NCBI GenBank assembly: GCA_945915085.1
Contig: CAMEET010000001.1
Coordinates: forward strand, 1-63,285
Length of the DNA: 63,285 nt
Origin: an uncultured Treponema sp.
GTDB taxonomy: Bacteria; Spirochaetota; Spirochaetia; Treponematales; Treponemataceae
Reading direction: 5' to 3'
Part shown: positions 39,161 through 50,237 of the stretch, piece after piece
How positions within the stretch are numbered: the first letter of the stretch is position 1
Layout of the letters: every line of letters starts with the position of its first letter
Position numbers and translations under genes: made by a program
The notes under the pieces: model-generated
The model's input: the letters and a program-made list of their open reading frames with translations, nothing else
What the model was told of the DNA's origin: nothing
Databases searched by the model: none

Positions 39161-39601
39161 CTACCCAACAATATTTACAGCGTTTGGTACTTTTGTGGCA
39201 GGAGCGTTTGCCGTACTGTTTGCAATCGTGCGCCAAGCATCAGCCAAATCAGACATCATTTTCAAAACTGAAGAAATTTTTTCTTTATCCTGATTGATGT
39301 TCGCAGACATAAGTTCTTCATTAAAAAACAGATAAAGCGACATCAGATTTTTTGCAATTTCACCGCCTTTTTCCATGTCAAGAGAAACTTGAAGTTCTGT
39401 AATAATAGCCTGTGTCTTCTGAATGTGAATTCCAAACTGTTCGATTTGATTCGGTTTTAGTTTATTTTCCGGCCCGAACAGATTTTTTGCAGCTGTCAGA
39501 TGTTTTACAGCTCCTTCATAAAGAAGAACAACAAGACGACCTTGACTTGCAGTGCTTACATTGTTTTTCTGATAAGCAGAATATGCGTTTTGATAAGCCA
39601 T
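39161..39601 (-). CDS. fliS: Flagellar export chaperone FliS
   Basis: AY....V.TAS...LV.LLYEGA, II.EL..SLD.EKGGEIA.NL..LY, L.DAW. Confidence 0.94.
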   Translation of the reverse strand: MAYQNAYSAYQKNNVSTASQGRLVVLLYEGAVKHLTAAKNLFGPENKLKPNQIEQFGIHIQKTQAIITELQVSLDMEKGGEIAKNLMSLYLFFNEELMSANINQDKEKISSVLKMMSDLADAWRTIANSTANAPATKVPNAVNIVG

Positions 39602-39704
39602 ATTAATTTTTTCCTCCCATAAAAACTTCGCGTTAGCGATTGCGCAGGAGGCGCACCTCCCATACAAAATTTTCCCAAATCTATATTATTTTACTACTCT
39701 TTGT

Positions 39705-39731
39705 TTGTCGGAAAATTAAAAAAAAACTTTA
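39705..39731 (-). promoter_or_regulatory. Sigma28 (FliA)-type promoter for fliS-flgN
   Basis: TAAA-N15-TCCGACAA on the minus strand vs consensus TAAA-N15-GCCGATAA. Confidence 0.65.
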
Positions 39732-39836
39732 ACAAATTTTTATTTATTTCTGCAAAATTTAAATAGAAAATAAGTGGAAAAAAAAACAAATCTTTACTAT
39801 ATTATATAAAGCAATAAAATATTTTAGGAAAAAGTT

Positions 39837-41960
39837 ATGGCAGAAAATCAGGACAAAGAAAAAAGAACAAAAAAAGATTCTAATGATAATGAAAACGATC
39901 CTTTCAACTTTTTTAAGTTTGAAGGTCCAAAAAATAATTCTAACAAAGATGATGATGACAAAAATAAAAAGAAAAACTCTTTCAGCTTGTTTTTCACAAT
40001 TCTTGCAATTGCATTGCTTGTTATGATTGTACTGAACTTTTTTGCTTCGCAAAAATCTGGTGGAAAAATTATCGATTATTCTGAATTCAAAAATAAGATT
40101 TCCTCTGGCGAAATTGTTGAAGTTGTAATTGGCGAAAACTATCTGATTGGTTATTCGAATTTTTCACTTCCAGAAGATGATAATGCAAAAGGAATTAAAC
40201 TCAGCGGTGTAAAAGATTCAAGACTTCAGTACAAGACCACTGCAATCATCACACAAAAACTGCTGGATTTGCTCGATGAGAAAAATGTAAAATATAAAGT
40301 TGCTGAAAAATCAAATAATTATTTCCTGCAGCTTCTCATTAATCTGATTATTCCGTTTGGAATCATCTTTCTGCTTTATTTCTTCCTGTTCCGCAAAATG
40401 GGCGGAGGCGGCGGTGGTGTCGGCAGTATTTTTACAGTTGGAAACAGTCGTGCAAAAGTCGTTGGCGAAGGAAAAATCAAAACTCGTTTTGCTGATGTAG
40501 CAGGTGTGGACGAAGCAAAAGAAGAACTTGTTGAAGTAGTAGATTTTTTGAAATCACCAAAAAAATATACTGATATCGGTGGAAAAATTCCAAAAGGCGT
40601 TTTGCTTGTTGGTGATCCTGGAACTGGTAAAACTTTGCTTGCTCGCGCTGTTGCAGGAGAAGCTGGTGTTCCATTCTTCAGCATTTCTGGTTCTGACTTT
40701 GTTGAAATGTTTGTAGGTGTTGGTGCTTCTCGAGTACGTGATTTATTTAAACAGGCTCGAGAAAAAGCTCCTTGTATTGTTTTTATTGATGAAATTGATG
40801 CTCTTGCAAAAAGTCGTTCAAATGGTTTTAGCAGCAATGATGAACGTGAGCAGACTTTGAACCAGCTTCTTGTAGAAATGGATGGTTTTGATAATGATAA
40901 AGGGTTGATTATTCTTGCAGCAACAAACCGAGTAGATGTACTTGACCCTGCAATTTTGCGTCCAGGTCGTTTTGACCGTCAGGTTCCAGTTGAAAAACCT
41001 GATGTAAAAGGACGTGAGGATATTCTTAAAATCCATTCAAAAAATGTTAAGCTTGATTCTGATGTTGATTTTGAATCTATTGCGCACGGTACAACTGGTT
41101 TTGCTGGTGCTGATTTAGCAAACGTTGTAAATGAAGCTGCTCTTCTTGCTGTAAGAAATAAACGAAAAAAAGTTACAATGGAAGATTTTAATGAAGCAAT
41201 TGATAAAGTAAGCATTGGATTAAAGAAAAAGTCTCGTAAAGATAATAAAAAGCAAATGAGATTAACTTCTGTTCATGAAACTGGTCATGCTCTTGTTGCT
41301 GCATACACACCAGAGCACGAACCTGTAAATAAAATCACAGTTGTTCCACGTTCTCATGGTATTGGCGGATTTACTCAATATCGCGAAGAGAACGAAGAAA
41401 AATTCTGTTTGACATACAAAGATATGATAAACGAAGTGGATTGTTGTCTTGGTGGTCGTGCTGCCGAAGAAATCATTCTTGGTGATATTTCTACTGGTGC
41501 TTCAAATGATATTGCACGTGCTACCGAAATGGTTAAACGCATGATTACCGATTTTGGAATGTCAGAAAAGTTTAAAAATATGACACTTGGAAAAGGTGTT
41601 CTTGGAAATCGTGGCGGAGAACCAAGCCTTGTTCGTGAGTACAGTGAAGAAACACAGAATTACATTGACAGTGAAATCGCAAGAGTTATGGCAGAACGTT
41701 ACAATCATGTTCTGGAAATTTTGAAAGACCACAAAGATTTGCTTGAATATATTGCAAACCGCCTTATAGAAATTGAAACAATGGACGGAAAAGAATTCTA
41801 TGAAATTGTAAATGGTGAAATGCACTGTAAGCAGCTTGAAGAATCATCAAAACAGGAAGAGAATTCTGAAAAAACTGAAGATTCTCAGAAAACTGATGAA
41901 AATCAAACAGAGAATGCGGAATCGCCGTCTACAGAAAATGCAGAACAAAATCTTTCGTAA
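39837..41960 (+). CDS. ftsH: ATP-dependent zinc metalloprotease FtsH
   Basis: Two TMs, [31 protein letters not shown]. Confidence 0.96.
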   Translation: MAENQDKEKRTKKDSNDNENDPFNFFKFEGPKNNSNKDDDDKNKKKNSFSLFFTILAIALLVMIVLNFFASQKSGGKIIDYSEFKNKISSGEIVEVVIGENYLIGYSNFSLPEDDNAKGIKLSGVKDSRLQYKTTAIITQKLLDLLDEKNVKYKVAEKSNNYFLQLLINLIIPFGIIFLLYFFLFRKMGGGGGGVGSIFTVGNSRAKVVGEGKIKTRFADVAGVDEAKEELVEVVDFLKSPKKYTDIGGKIPKGVLLVGDPGTGKTLLARAVAGEAGVPFFSISGSDFVEMFVGVGASRVRDLFKQAREKAPCIVFIDEIDALAKSRSNGFSSNDEREQTLNQLLVEMDGFDNDKGLIILAATNRVDVLDPAILRPGRFDRQVPVEKPDVKGREDILKIHSKNVKLDSDVDFESIAHGTTGFAGADLANVVNEAALLAVRNKRKKVTMEDFNEAIDKVSIGLKKKSRKDNKKQMRLTSVHETGHALVAAYTPEHEPVNKITVVPRSHGIGGFTQYREENEEKFCLTYKDMINEVDCCLGGRAAEEIILGDISTGASNDIARATEMVKRMITDFGMSEKFKNMTLGKGVLGNRGGEPSLVREYSEETQNYIDSEIARVMAERYNHVLEILKDHKDLLEYIANRLIEIETMDGKEFYEIVNGEMHCKQLEESSKQEENSEKTEDSQKTDENQTENAESPSTENAEQNLS

Positions 41961-42049
41961 GACGAAAATTTCTTCAAGTTTACAATTTATCTGAAGTGTT
42001 TTTGCGTATTCATAGACAATTTATAAAAATCACGATATAATGCACAGAT

Positions 42050-42721
42050 ATGAAAAAGATTTTTTTGAGTATTTGTGCATTATTTTTTTGTTCAATGATT
42101 TTCGCACAGGGAATTACCACAGCAAGTGCATATTTTAAAACGATATCAGAATATTATAGTACTATAAAAGATTACGAAGTTGATTTTGAAATCAAAATGG
42201 ATAAAACTGAAACTGCAGGAAAACTTTCATTTAAAGCTCCAGACTTGCTTCGACTGGATTATACAAATCCTCAGGAACAGGTTATTTGTTTTAATGGGGA
42301 CATGCTCACAATTTATTTACCAGAAGCGGCAGCCGTATTACAGCAGCAGATAAATCCTGAAAGTTCAAACAACGCTGTTTCCATGACAACTCCACAAGGT
42401 CTTGCTTTGATGACAAGATATTACACAGTAGCTTACGAAACTGGTCAGAATGCTGAGCCTCTGGAAGAAGGTTCTGATGAAATGGTTGTAAAATTTATTC
42501 TGTCGCGAAAAAGTGCATCAGAAGCATTCAGATATATAAAAGTGTGCGTTAATGAACAGACAAAACTGATTCGACGTGTAGAAGCTGTAACTCCAAAAGG
42601 TGAAGAATTTATTTTTAATTTTCATGATTATAAATTAAATCAGGGGATTACAGACCAGCGTTTTATTTATGATGCTCCGTCTTCTGCAAACAATTACAAT
42701 AATTTCCTTTATTCGGAGTAG
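42050..42721 (+). CDS. LolA-like periplasmic lipoprotein carrier
   Basis: Signal peptide, G.L.FK.P..LRLDY..P..QVI..NG..L.IY.P, F.Y..P. Confidence 0.78.
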   Translation: MKKIFLSICALFFCSMIFAQGITTASAYFKTISEYYSTIKDYEVDFEIKMDKTETAGKLSFKAPDLLRLDYTNPQEQVICFNGDMLTIYLPEAAAVLQQQINPESSNNAVSMTTPQGLALMTRYYTVAYETGQNAEPLEEGSDEMVVKFILSRKSASEAFRYIKVCVNEQTKLIRRVEAVTPKGEEFIFNFHDYKLNQGITDQRFIYDAPSSANNYNNFLYSE

Positions 42722-42727
42722 TAAAGA

Positions 42728-43816
42728 ATGGAAAGCTATGGAAATCTTCTTCGAAAAACTCGTGAAGAAAAAAATCTTGATTTAGTAAAAATTAGTCGCG
42801 AAATTTCTATAGAAAAACGATATCTTGAAGGTTTGGAAAATGAGGATTCATCAGTCTTTCCAGGAGAAGCATATCTTGTTGGTTTTTTGAAAAACTATTC
42901 CAATTATCTTGAACTTGATACAGAATTAGTGTTGAAACTTTATCACAACAAGCAGATTCAAGAATCTCCATTACCGGAAGGACTTTATGAAAAAAAATCA
43001 TCCAAACGTATTCTTCCTTTTTTAATTCCTGTTGCCATTTTTGTAGTTTTTGTTGTAACTATTTCTATCCTTCTTATATCTAAGAAAAAGGATAATAATG
43101 ATTCTGAACTTGTTGTTTCTGTAAATTCAAAAGAAAATAAATATGAAATTGACAAAACAAAATTTGTAAAACGAGTTTACAAAGGTGACCAGCTTCTTGT
43201 TCCAACTCAAAGCGATGGTAAAATAATTCTGACAGTGCGCGACACTTTATCTTCGTTTGGAATCGACACACCTTCTGGCATTTTTTATGTAGATTTGGCA
43301 GAAGAGTCCGAACTTGACATTGATGGCGATAATGTTTCAGATATGATTATTTATGTATCTGACATTTCTTCTACTGATGAAAAACGCGGTGCTGAAATCA
43401 GTGTGCTTCTACGTCAGGGAACAAATCGAGATGTTATGGCTACAGAAATCAAAGATATTCCTAACGCAAGCGAAATCAAAACAAAACGCCCATATAAAGT
43501 AATTTTGGAAGATAATAGAGCTTATCCATTTACTTTAAATGCTAGTTTCAGAGGTCCATGTTTATTCCGTGACAAAGTAGATAATGCCAATTCTGTAGAA
43601 ACTTATTTCAATCGTGGTGAAGTTTTTACAGCAACTGCACGAAATGGAATTCGGCTTTGGATTTCAAATAACAACACTGTAAAAATGACGATTATTGCAG
43701 ATTCACGTTCTTTTGATTTGGATATTGGTGTTGCCGGTCAGATTATGGTTGAAGACATTAAATGGATAAAAGATACTGATGGAAAATATAAACTGGTGGT
43801 AATTGAACTTGACTAA
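42728..43816 (+). CDS. RodZ-like HTH membrane protein
   Basis: G.LLRK.RE, YLEGLENED...FPG..Y..GFLKNY..YL, single TM, upstream of rimO. Confidence 0.8.
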   Translation: MESYGNLLRKTREEKNLDLVKISREISIEKRYLEGLENEDSSVFPGEAYLVGFLKNYSNYLELDTELVLKLYHNKQIQESPLPEGLYEKKSSKRILPFLIPVAIFVVFVVTISILLISKKKDNNDSELVVSVNSKENKYEIDKTKFVKRVYKGDQLLVPTQSDGKIILTVRDTLSSFGIDTPSGIFYVDLAEESELDIDGDNVSDMIIYVSDISSTDEKRGAEISVLLRQGTNRDVMATEIKDIPNASEIKTKRPYKVILEDNRAYPFTLNASFRGPCLFRDKVDNANSVETYFNRGEVFTATARNGIRLWISNNNTVKMTIIADSRSFDLDIGVAGQIMVEDIKWIKDTDGKYKLVVIELD

Positions 43817-45290
43817 ATTTTTCATAGACCAGCACGGTTGTGCAAAAAATCAAACGGACGGCGAAATTTTAGCTGGATATTTAATCAAAAATGGTTTTGA
43901 ATTATCAGATAATCCTTTGCAGGCTGATTTTATAATTGTGAATTCCTGTGGATTTATTGAATCTGCAAAAAAAGAATCGATAGATGCTGTTTATTCTATT
44001 AAGAATTCGTACCCAAATGCAAAAATTATTCTTGCAGGTTGTCTTGCAGAACGTTATGCACAAATGTTTTACGATTCCATGCCAGAAATTGATGGCATTT
44101 TTGGAAACGGTGATTTATCAAAAATTGTTGATTTTATGAAAAGTGTTCAAAATGGAGGTCGTTCCGTTCAGACTTTTGAGCAGAAAGGTGTTTGTGGTGG
44201 TGAACGCCCTGTTCTTTTTAATTTTCCAGCTTCCGCTTTTGTAAAAATCACAGAAGGCTGTTCAAATCACTGTTCTTTTTGTGCCATTCCTTTGATTCGT
44301 GGAGAATTGCGCAGTCGTCCCGTTTCAAAAATCATCGAGGAAATCAAATCTCTTGTGCAGGACGGCATTTATGAAATAAATTTGATTGGACAGGATTTGG
44401 CAGCTTATGGAACTGAAAAAACATTTTCTGATTCAGTAATTCAAAACAATCCTTTCAAATCTCCTCTTTCCGTTTTGTTTTCAGAAATTTCAAAGATTCC
44501 AGGAAAATTTATTATCCGTCCGCTTTATATTCATCCAGACCATTTTTCTGAGGATATTCTGGAACCTATGCAAAAAGATTCAAGGTTTGTCCCTTATTTT
44601 GATATTCCCTTTCAAAGTGGTGATGATAAAATTATTCTGGCCATGAACAGAACTGGAAGCAAAAAGCAATATCAAAATCTTGTTGAAAAAATCAGGCAAA
44701 AATTGCCAGATGCTGTTTTGCGCACAACTTTTTTGACGGGATTTCCAGGTGAAACACAGAAAGCAGCAGATAACACTTATGATTTTTTACGGACTATTCA
44801 GCCAGATTGGTCAGGATGTTTTACTTACAGTCGGGAAGAAGACACTCCGGCTTATGATATGAAACCGCGAGTTCCTGCCAAAATTGCAAAAAAACGTGCT
44901 GAAGCTTTGGAAGAATTGCAGACATCAATTACTTCAAAAAAATTGGAAAGTTATGTTGGAAAGGAATTTGATGTTTTAATAGAAGAAATCATTAATTCTG
45001 CTCAAACAGAACAATCTCTTACAGTTCAAAATGAATCTTCTGCCGAAAGTTTTGATAATGAAGAAACGGAAGGACTTGCTATCGGACGAGCGTGGTTTCA
45101 GGCACCAGAAGTGGATGGTTGTGTTGTTATCCGTTACGATTTGGATTGTGAAGAACAAAAAAAGGCTGTAAAACCTGGAAATGTTGTTCGAGTTAAAATT
45201 GTGGCAAACACCGGTGTGGATTTAGATTCTCGTTTTGAAAAAATTATCAAAGAATTCCCTCAAAATCAATTGCGAAAATTCACGTTATAA
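43803..45290 (+). CDS. rimO: Ribosomal protein S12 methylthiotransferase RimO
   Basis: GCAKN.TD.E, NSCGFIESAKKES, EGCSNHCSFCAIP, QAPEVDG TRAM region. Confidence 0.93.
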   Translation: MNLTKFFIDQHGCAKNQTDGEILAGYLIKNGFELSDNPLQADFIIVNSCGFIESAKKESIDAVYSIKNSYPNAKIILAGCLAERYAQMFYDSMPEIDGIFGNGDLSKIVDFMKSVQNGGRSVQTFEQKGVCGGERPVLFNFPASAFVKITEGCSNHCSFCAIPLIRGELRSRPVSKIIEEIKSLVQDGIYEINLIGQDLAAYGTEKTFSDSVIQNNPFKSPLSVLFSEISKIPGKFIIRPLYIHPDHFSEDILEPMQKDSRFVPYFDIPFQSGDDKIILAMNRTGSKKQYQNLVEKIRQKLPDAVLRTTFLTGFPGETQKAADNTYDFLRTIQPDWSGCFTYSREEDTPAYDMKPRVPAKIAKKRAEALEELQTSITSKKLESYVGKEFDVLIEEIINSAQTEQSLTVQNESSAESFDNEETEGLAIGRAWFQAPEVDGCVVIRYDLDCEEQKKAVKPGNVVRVKIVANTGVDLDSRFEKIIKEFPQNQLRKFTL

Positions 45291-45304
45291 ACTAAACTGA
45301 TTGA

Positions 45305-47518
45305 ATGTCAGAAACAAATGATTTTTCACAATATCTGGATTTGCTAAACGAAGAGCAAAGACAGGCTGTAGAACACGAAGGTTCTCCTTTGCTTATTCTC
45401 GCTGGTGCGGGGTCAGGAAAAACTCGCGTAATCACAACAAAAATTGCATATCTTATTTCTCAAAAAAATGTTGAACCCTGGTCGATTTTATCTGTAACTT
45501 TTACAAAAAAAGCTGCCAACGAGATGAAAGAGCGTGCAATCAAGCTGGAAAGCAGGGCGGAATCTTCGCAAATCAGAACTTTCCATTCATTTGGTTCATG
45601 GTTTTTACGAAAATATTATGAAGCAGCAGGACTTGAGCCGTCTTTCACCGTTTATGACGATGATGATATGGAAACAATCCTCAAAAAAGCAGTTCCATCG
45701 CTTTCAAAAAAAGAAGTAAAACTTGCTGTTCATCAAATTTCTCTGGCAAAAGACTATTGCCTTACCCCGGAAGATGATTTAGGATTTTTGGGAAGCGAAT
45801 TCGATATCAATCAGATTTATTTTGAATATCAAAAAAGGCTCAGAGCTACTGGAAATGCTGATTTTGGTGATTTGATTATGCTGCCGACTATTTTGTTGGA
45901 AAATGATGCGCAAATTGCAAGTTACATTCATAATCGGTTTAAAGTAGTAATGGTTGATGAATACCAGGATTCGAATATTGCACAATACAGACTTTTGCAG
46001 AAGATTTCTGGAATTGAAAGTGGAAATGATAGTTATGTTTGTGTTGTCGGTGATGATGACCAGTCAATTTATCATTTCCGCGGTGCTGAAGTTCAGAATA
46101 TCCTCACTTTTCCGCAAAAATTCCCAGGAACTCAGATTATCCGTCTGGAAAAAAATTATCGTTCAACTGCAAATATTTTAAAGGCAGCTGAAATTGTAGT
46201 GAAAAAAAATCAGGACAGGCTTGGAAAAAATCTTGTTTCACAGCGCGGCGAAGGTGGAAAACCAGTTATTGCGTTTTTGCCTGACCAGAATGCCGAAGCA
46301 ATTTTTGCTGGTGATTTGATAAAAAAATCTCTTTCTGATAAAGAAGGTAAATATTCAGACTGGGCAATTTTGTACAGGACAAATGCGCAGTCTCTCGTTT
46401 TTGAAAAAGAATTTCTGCGCAGAAAAATTCCTTATGTTGTTGTCGGTTCGCTGAAGTTCTATGAACGCGAAGAAATCCGCGATGCACTTTCTTATATTTC
46501 TCTTTTTGCAAATCCCAAGGATGAAATTTCGTTCAGGCGTGTTATCAATAAACCAACTAGAGGTATTGGTGAAAAAACACAAGACAAAATAATGGAAAAT
46601 GCTGTTGTCCTTGACGAGCAGAATAATCCTGTTTATAAAAATCTTCTGGCAACTGCAGAAGAAACGGCAAAAAGTTTTTCTAAAAAAGCTCAGGATGGAA
46701 TCCGTGATTTTGTAAAGATTTTTGATAATTTGAAAGACTCTTTTGATGAATCAAAAAAACTTTCTCATTTTGTGGAAAAAATCATCAAAGATTCTGGACT
46801 TGAAGAATATCACAAAGCTGGCGATGAAATTGACGGCACAACAAGAGTTTTGAACCTCGAAGAACTTGTAAACAGTGCTGTTGCCTATCCATGTACAATG
46901 CAAGGTTTACTTGATTTTCTGGATGCAATCAATTTGGATAGAACTTTGGCTGCTGAAAATGACAGCAAAAATGACGATGCTGTAACGCTTATCACTTTGC
47001 ATAATACAAAAGGTTTGGAATACAAAAAAGTTGTGATTACAGGTCTTGAAGAAGGTGTTTTTCCATGGCAATCAAAAACCGGTGCCGAACTTGAAGAAGA
47101 ACGGCGGCTTTTTTATGTGGGAATTACGCGTGCAAAAGATGAACTTTATGTTACGTCTGCAGCAAAAAGATGTATGTACGGCGGTTGGAAAATCATGACT
47201 CCAAGTCCATTTATAAAAGAAGCGGCACCTGCATTTACCGCAATTGGCGTTAAACCTTTTGGTTTTGGAAACAATCATCATTCCGAAAACAAAAATCTTT
47301 ATGGTGATGATTTTGAAAACGATGAAGTTTCTGAACTTGCAGCAAAATGGAAAACTGGAACGAGAATTTTCAATGATGATTACGGTTACGGATACATAAC
47401 TTCGACGAAAAAAAGCGGAAGCGAGTTTTTGATTGAAGTCACATTTGAAACTGGTTCCAAAAAACGCTTTTTTCCAAAATATCAGGAAAAATCTCTTGTG
47501 ATTATCAAAGATGAATAG
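45305..47518 (+). CDS. uvrD: UvrD/PcrA family DNA helicase
   Basis: AGAGSGKT, TFHS, VDEYQD, VGDDDQSIY, NYRS, TLH..KGLE, EERRLFYVGITRA. Confidence 0.93.
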   Translation: MSETNDFSQYLDLLNEEQRQAVEHEGSPLLILAGAGSGKTRVITTKIAYLISQKNVEPWSILSVTFTKKAANEMKERAIKLESRAESSQIRTFHSFGSWFLRKYYEAAGLEPSFTVYDDDDMETILKKAVPSLSKKEVKLAVHQISLAKDYCLTPEDDLGFLGSEFDINQIYFEYQKRLRATGNADFGDLIMLPTILLENDAQIASYIHNRFKVVMVDEYQDSNIAQYRLLQKISGIESGNDSYVCVVGDDDQSIYHFRGAEVQNILTFPQKFPGTQIIRLEKNYRSTANILKAAEIVVKKNQDRLGKNLVSQRGEGGKPVIAFLPDQNAEAIFAGDLIKKSLSDKEGKYSDWAILYRTNAQSLVFEKEFLRRKIPYVVVGSLKFYEREEIRDALSYISLFANPKDEISFRRVINKPTRGIGEKTQDKIMENAVVLDEQNNPVYKNLLATAEETAKSFSKKAQDGIRDFVKIFDNLKDSFDESKKLSHFVEKIIKDSGLEEYHKAGDEIDGTTRVLNLEELVNSAVAYPCTMQGLLDFLDAINLDRTLAAENDSKNDDAVTLITLHNTKGLEYKKVVITGLEEGVFPWQSKTGAELEEERRLFYVGITRAKDELYVTSAAKRCMYGGWKIMTPSPFIKEAAPAFTAIGVKPFGFGNNHHSENKNLYGDDFENDEVSELAAKWKTGTRIFNDDYGYGYITSTKKSGSEFLIEVTFETGSKKRFFPKYQEKSLVIIKDE

Positions 47519-47542
47519 AGGAAAAAAATGGAATAAACAGAA

Positions 47543-48901
47543 TTACTGCCAGTCTCTTTGAATGTAAGTAGCTCTAGGTCTTGCTGTAATGTCTACACGA
47601 CGGTTTTGCGCACGACCTTCTTCTGTGTCATTTGGTGCGACTGGCATTGTGCCACCATAACCTTTGTATGTAAACAGTTCGCTATCAATTCCTTCAGCCA
47701 CAAGTGCATCTCTGACAGTTTTAGTTCGTTCAATCGAAAGATTCAGCTGACCGACAGGTTTTCCTACATCAGCAGTATGACCTTCAACTAAAATTGTGTA
47801 ACCGTCATCCAAAAGCAATGTTTTCAAATTCTCAGCAATCAATGAAATGCGCACTCTTTCAGAAGGAAGCAGTTCTGGCGAATCTGGATAAAACTTCAAA
47901 TCAACAGAAAAAAGAATTCCGTCAATAGAATCAGAAACTGTAATGCCTGGAACTTTGTTTTCGTAGAAATACTGTTTGACTGCGTTGTATTTTACATAAT
48001 AAGAATTGTCTTTCTGCGGAATTGAAATATCGTAAATGAGATTTTTTTTATCGAGCAGAATGACAACTTTTCCTTCCTGCAAAAGTCTTACATTCTCTGG
48101 AATTGTGAGAATTTTTAATGCATCTTTTTGTGAAATAATCGGGTCAGTTCTGTTTCGCCCAAACACTTTTTTTGCCTTTATGTAAAGCGGGTCAATTCCC
48201 ACAATATTTTCATATTCAGCAGTGTTGTCAGAATAATGATATTGAATTATTCCTTTATTTTTTGCGATTTCCGGAACAACCAGATTTTTTTCCAAAACGA
48301 CATTCATCTGTTCATCCCAAACTGTTGGAAAAAAACAGGCTGCAGTTTCACTTGAAACGTATTCTCCGTGAACAGGCAGACTTCCCCGAGCATCAATGAT
48401 AATTCCAGTAAATTTTCTGGAAGGAGTGTAATTTATTGGTTTTTGCGGAGTATATTCATTTTTATGGCGGATAAGAAGTTCATTTAGTTCCAGAATATTT
48501 GTGGAATTAGTTGTCTGGAGCTTTTTTAAATCCTGAGTGAACACATCTGGAGTTTTATATCCGCTTTGAATAAAATCGTAAACGTCAGGAAGTTTTAATT
48601 CATCATCAATCACAGAATCTGAAAGTTTTTTTTGAGAATTTTCATAAAGTGAAAGCAGGGCAGGTTGAGTCAGTTGATTTATTTTTGATTTAATCCGGGC
48701 GGAAGCAGTTTTTTTTCCAGAAGGCATATTGATTTGAGCTTTTTGTGCATCAAGTGTAAACTCTGTCTTGAATTCTCTTGTAATCCAATTTATGGAACTC
48801 ACAGCTTCAATAACAGGAATTTTTTGTGCATAAAGAAAAATGGAGCAAAAAGTTATAATCAAAAAGACAGGAATTTTTTTATCTATATTATTAATAATCA
48901 T
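47543..48901 (-). CDS. OmpA-domain (peptidoglycan-binding) exported protein
   Basis: Signal peptide, C-terminal VEGHTAD, LS.ER, GYG, NRRVDI. Confidence 0.87.
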   Translation of the reverse strand: MIINNIDKKIPVFLIITFCSIFLYAQKIPVIEAVSSINWITREFKTEFTLDAQKAQINMPSGKKTASARIKSKINQLTQPALLSLYENSQKKLSDSVIDDELKLPDVYDFIQSGYKTPDVFTQDLKKLQTTNSTNILELNELLIRHKNEYTPQKPINYTPSRKFTGIIIDARGSLPVHGEYVSSETAACFFPTVWDEQMNVVLEKNLVVPEIAKNKGIIQYHYSDNTAEYENIVGIDPLYIKAKKVFGRNRTDPIISQKDALKILTIPENVRLLQEGKVVILLDKKNLIYDISIPQKDNSYYVKYNAVKQYFYENKVPGITVSDSIDGILFSVDLKFYPDSPELLPSERVRISLIAENLKTLLLDDGYTILVEGHTADVGKPVGQLNLSIERTKTVRDALVAEGIDSELFTYKGYGGTMPVAPNDTEEGRAQNRRVDITARPRATYIQRDWQ

Positions 48902-48947
48902 AAAATAAATCCTTAAATTTCGGAGTCAATCTAATTAAACTATCGGC

Positions 48948-50237
48948 TTATTTTGCAGGAATGTAAAGTGTTTTTCCAATTCTCAAAATATCATTTTCCC
49001 GAATGTCGTTTAAATCGCAGATTGACTGAATGCTGACTTTGTATTTTCTTGATATAGACCAAAGAGAATCGCCTTTTTCAACTGTGTATTTAAAAGGAAA
49101 ATCAATTGGAATGAGTTTTGCAATAGCATCTTCTGCCGACTTTTTCATTCCCAAAGGAAGCCTGATTTCAGATTTTTTTACAGGATAAGTCATGCCACGC
49201 ACAAAAGATGGATTAAGTTTTTTTAAAGTGTCATAATCCATTCTCATTTCAGCAGCAAGTTGTTTTAAAGAATATGCTTTTTCTACTATTATATAATCAA
49301 AATTTCCGTTTTTTTCATTGATAAGCATTTCGTATTCTTCATTGTGATTTGGCAGATTTATCTGATAGTATTCGCTGTTTATTGCAAGGTCAGCAATGGC
49401 TATAAGTTTTGGAACGTAATCTGCTGTTTGCTGCGGTAAAAGTTTTTTATCCACAAGATACCAAAAATCTTTTTTTTCAGCTTTTCGCAGAATTTTATTC
49501 ATTGCGCCAACTCCGCAGTTATAAGCGGCGATTGCAATGAGCCAGTCATTAAAATAATTGTAATTTTCAGTAAGTTTTTTGAGGGCAGCTTCCGTAGATT
49601 TCCATGGATCAAGCCGTTCGTCTACAAAATCATCCAAAACCAAAAAAGGATAAACGCTGTTAGCCATAAACTGCCACATTCCGATTGCACCTGATTTTGA
49701 TTTCGCACTTGTTTTATAATTTGATTCCACAACTGGAAGATATTCTAAAATTTCTGGAAGATTTTTATCATGAACGGATTTTCGAACGTAAAGTCTGTAT
49801 TCCATTGCAGACTCCAGAACATTGTACAGATGCTTAAGCCATTTTTCATTTAAATATTGACGGCGGAATTTTTCCACTTCAGGCCGTGCAAGCATTTCTT
49901 CAGTTATAAAAGAAAGTGGAATTTTCTGAATTATTTTTTGATTGTTATTTTCCTCGTTTTCACTTAACTCTTGATTTTCGCTTAGGTTTTCGTTTTCAGT
50001 TAGATTTTTATTTTCAAATTGATTTCGGCTGTTTTTTTCATCATTATTTAGTTTTGCTTCATCCATCAATTCCTGTTTCAAAGTTTCTTCATCAAGATTT
50101 GTTTCTGTTAATAAATCTTCAAGTTCAATCTGCTGAGGTTTTTCATCTGTAAATTCCTGTGATTTTGAATCTTCAGAAAAAACAAATTGTAAAAGAGAAA
50201 TAAAAATCAAAAGGCAGATAGCTTTTTTTAAATACAT
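48948..50237 (-). CDS. MltD-like lytic transglycosylase with LysM domain(s)
   Basis: LPVVES, GAIGMWQFM, DERLDP, AAYNCG, C-terminal YTVEKGDSLWSI LysM. Confidence 0.88.
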   Translation of the reverse strand: MYLKKAICLLIFISLLQFVFSEDSKSQEFTDEKPQQIELEDLLTETNLDEETLKQELMDEAKLNNDEKNSRNQFENKNLTENENLSENQELSENEENNNQKIIQKIPLSFITEEMLARPEVEKFRRQYLNEKWLKHLYNVLESAMEYRLYVRKSVHDKNLPEILEYLPVVESNYKTSAKSKSGAIGMWQFMANSVYPFLVLDDFVDERLDPWKSTEAALKKLTENYNYFNDWLIAIAAYNCGVGAMNKILRKAEKKDFWYLVDKKLLPQQTADYVPKLIAIADLAINSEYYQINLPNHNEEYEMLINEKNGNFDYIIVEKAYSLKQLAAEMRMDYDTLKKLNPSFVRGMTYPVKKSEIRLPLGMKKSAEDAIAKLIPIDFPFKYTVEKGDSLWSISRKYKVSIQSICDLNDIRENDILRIGKTLYIPAK

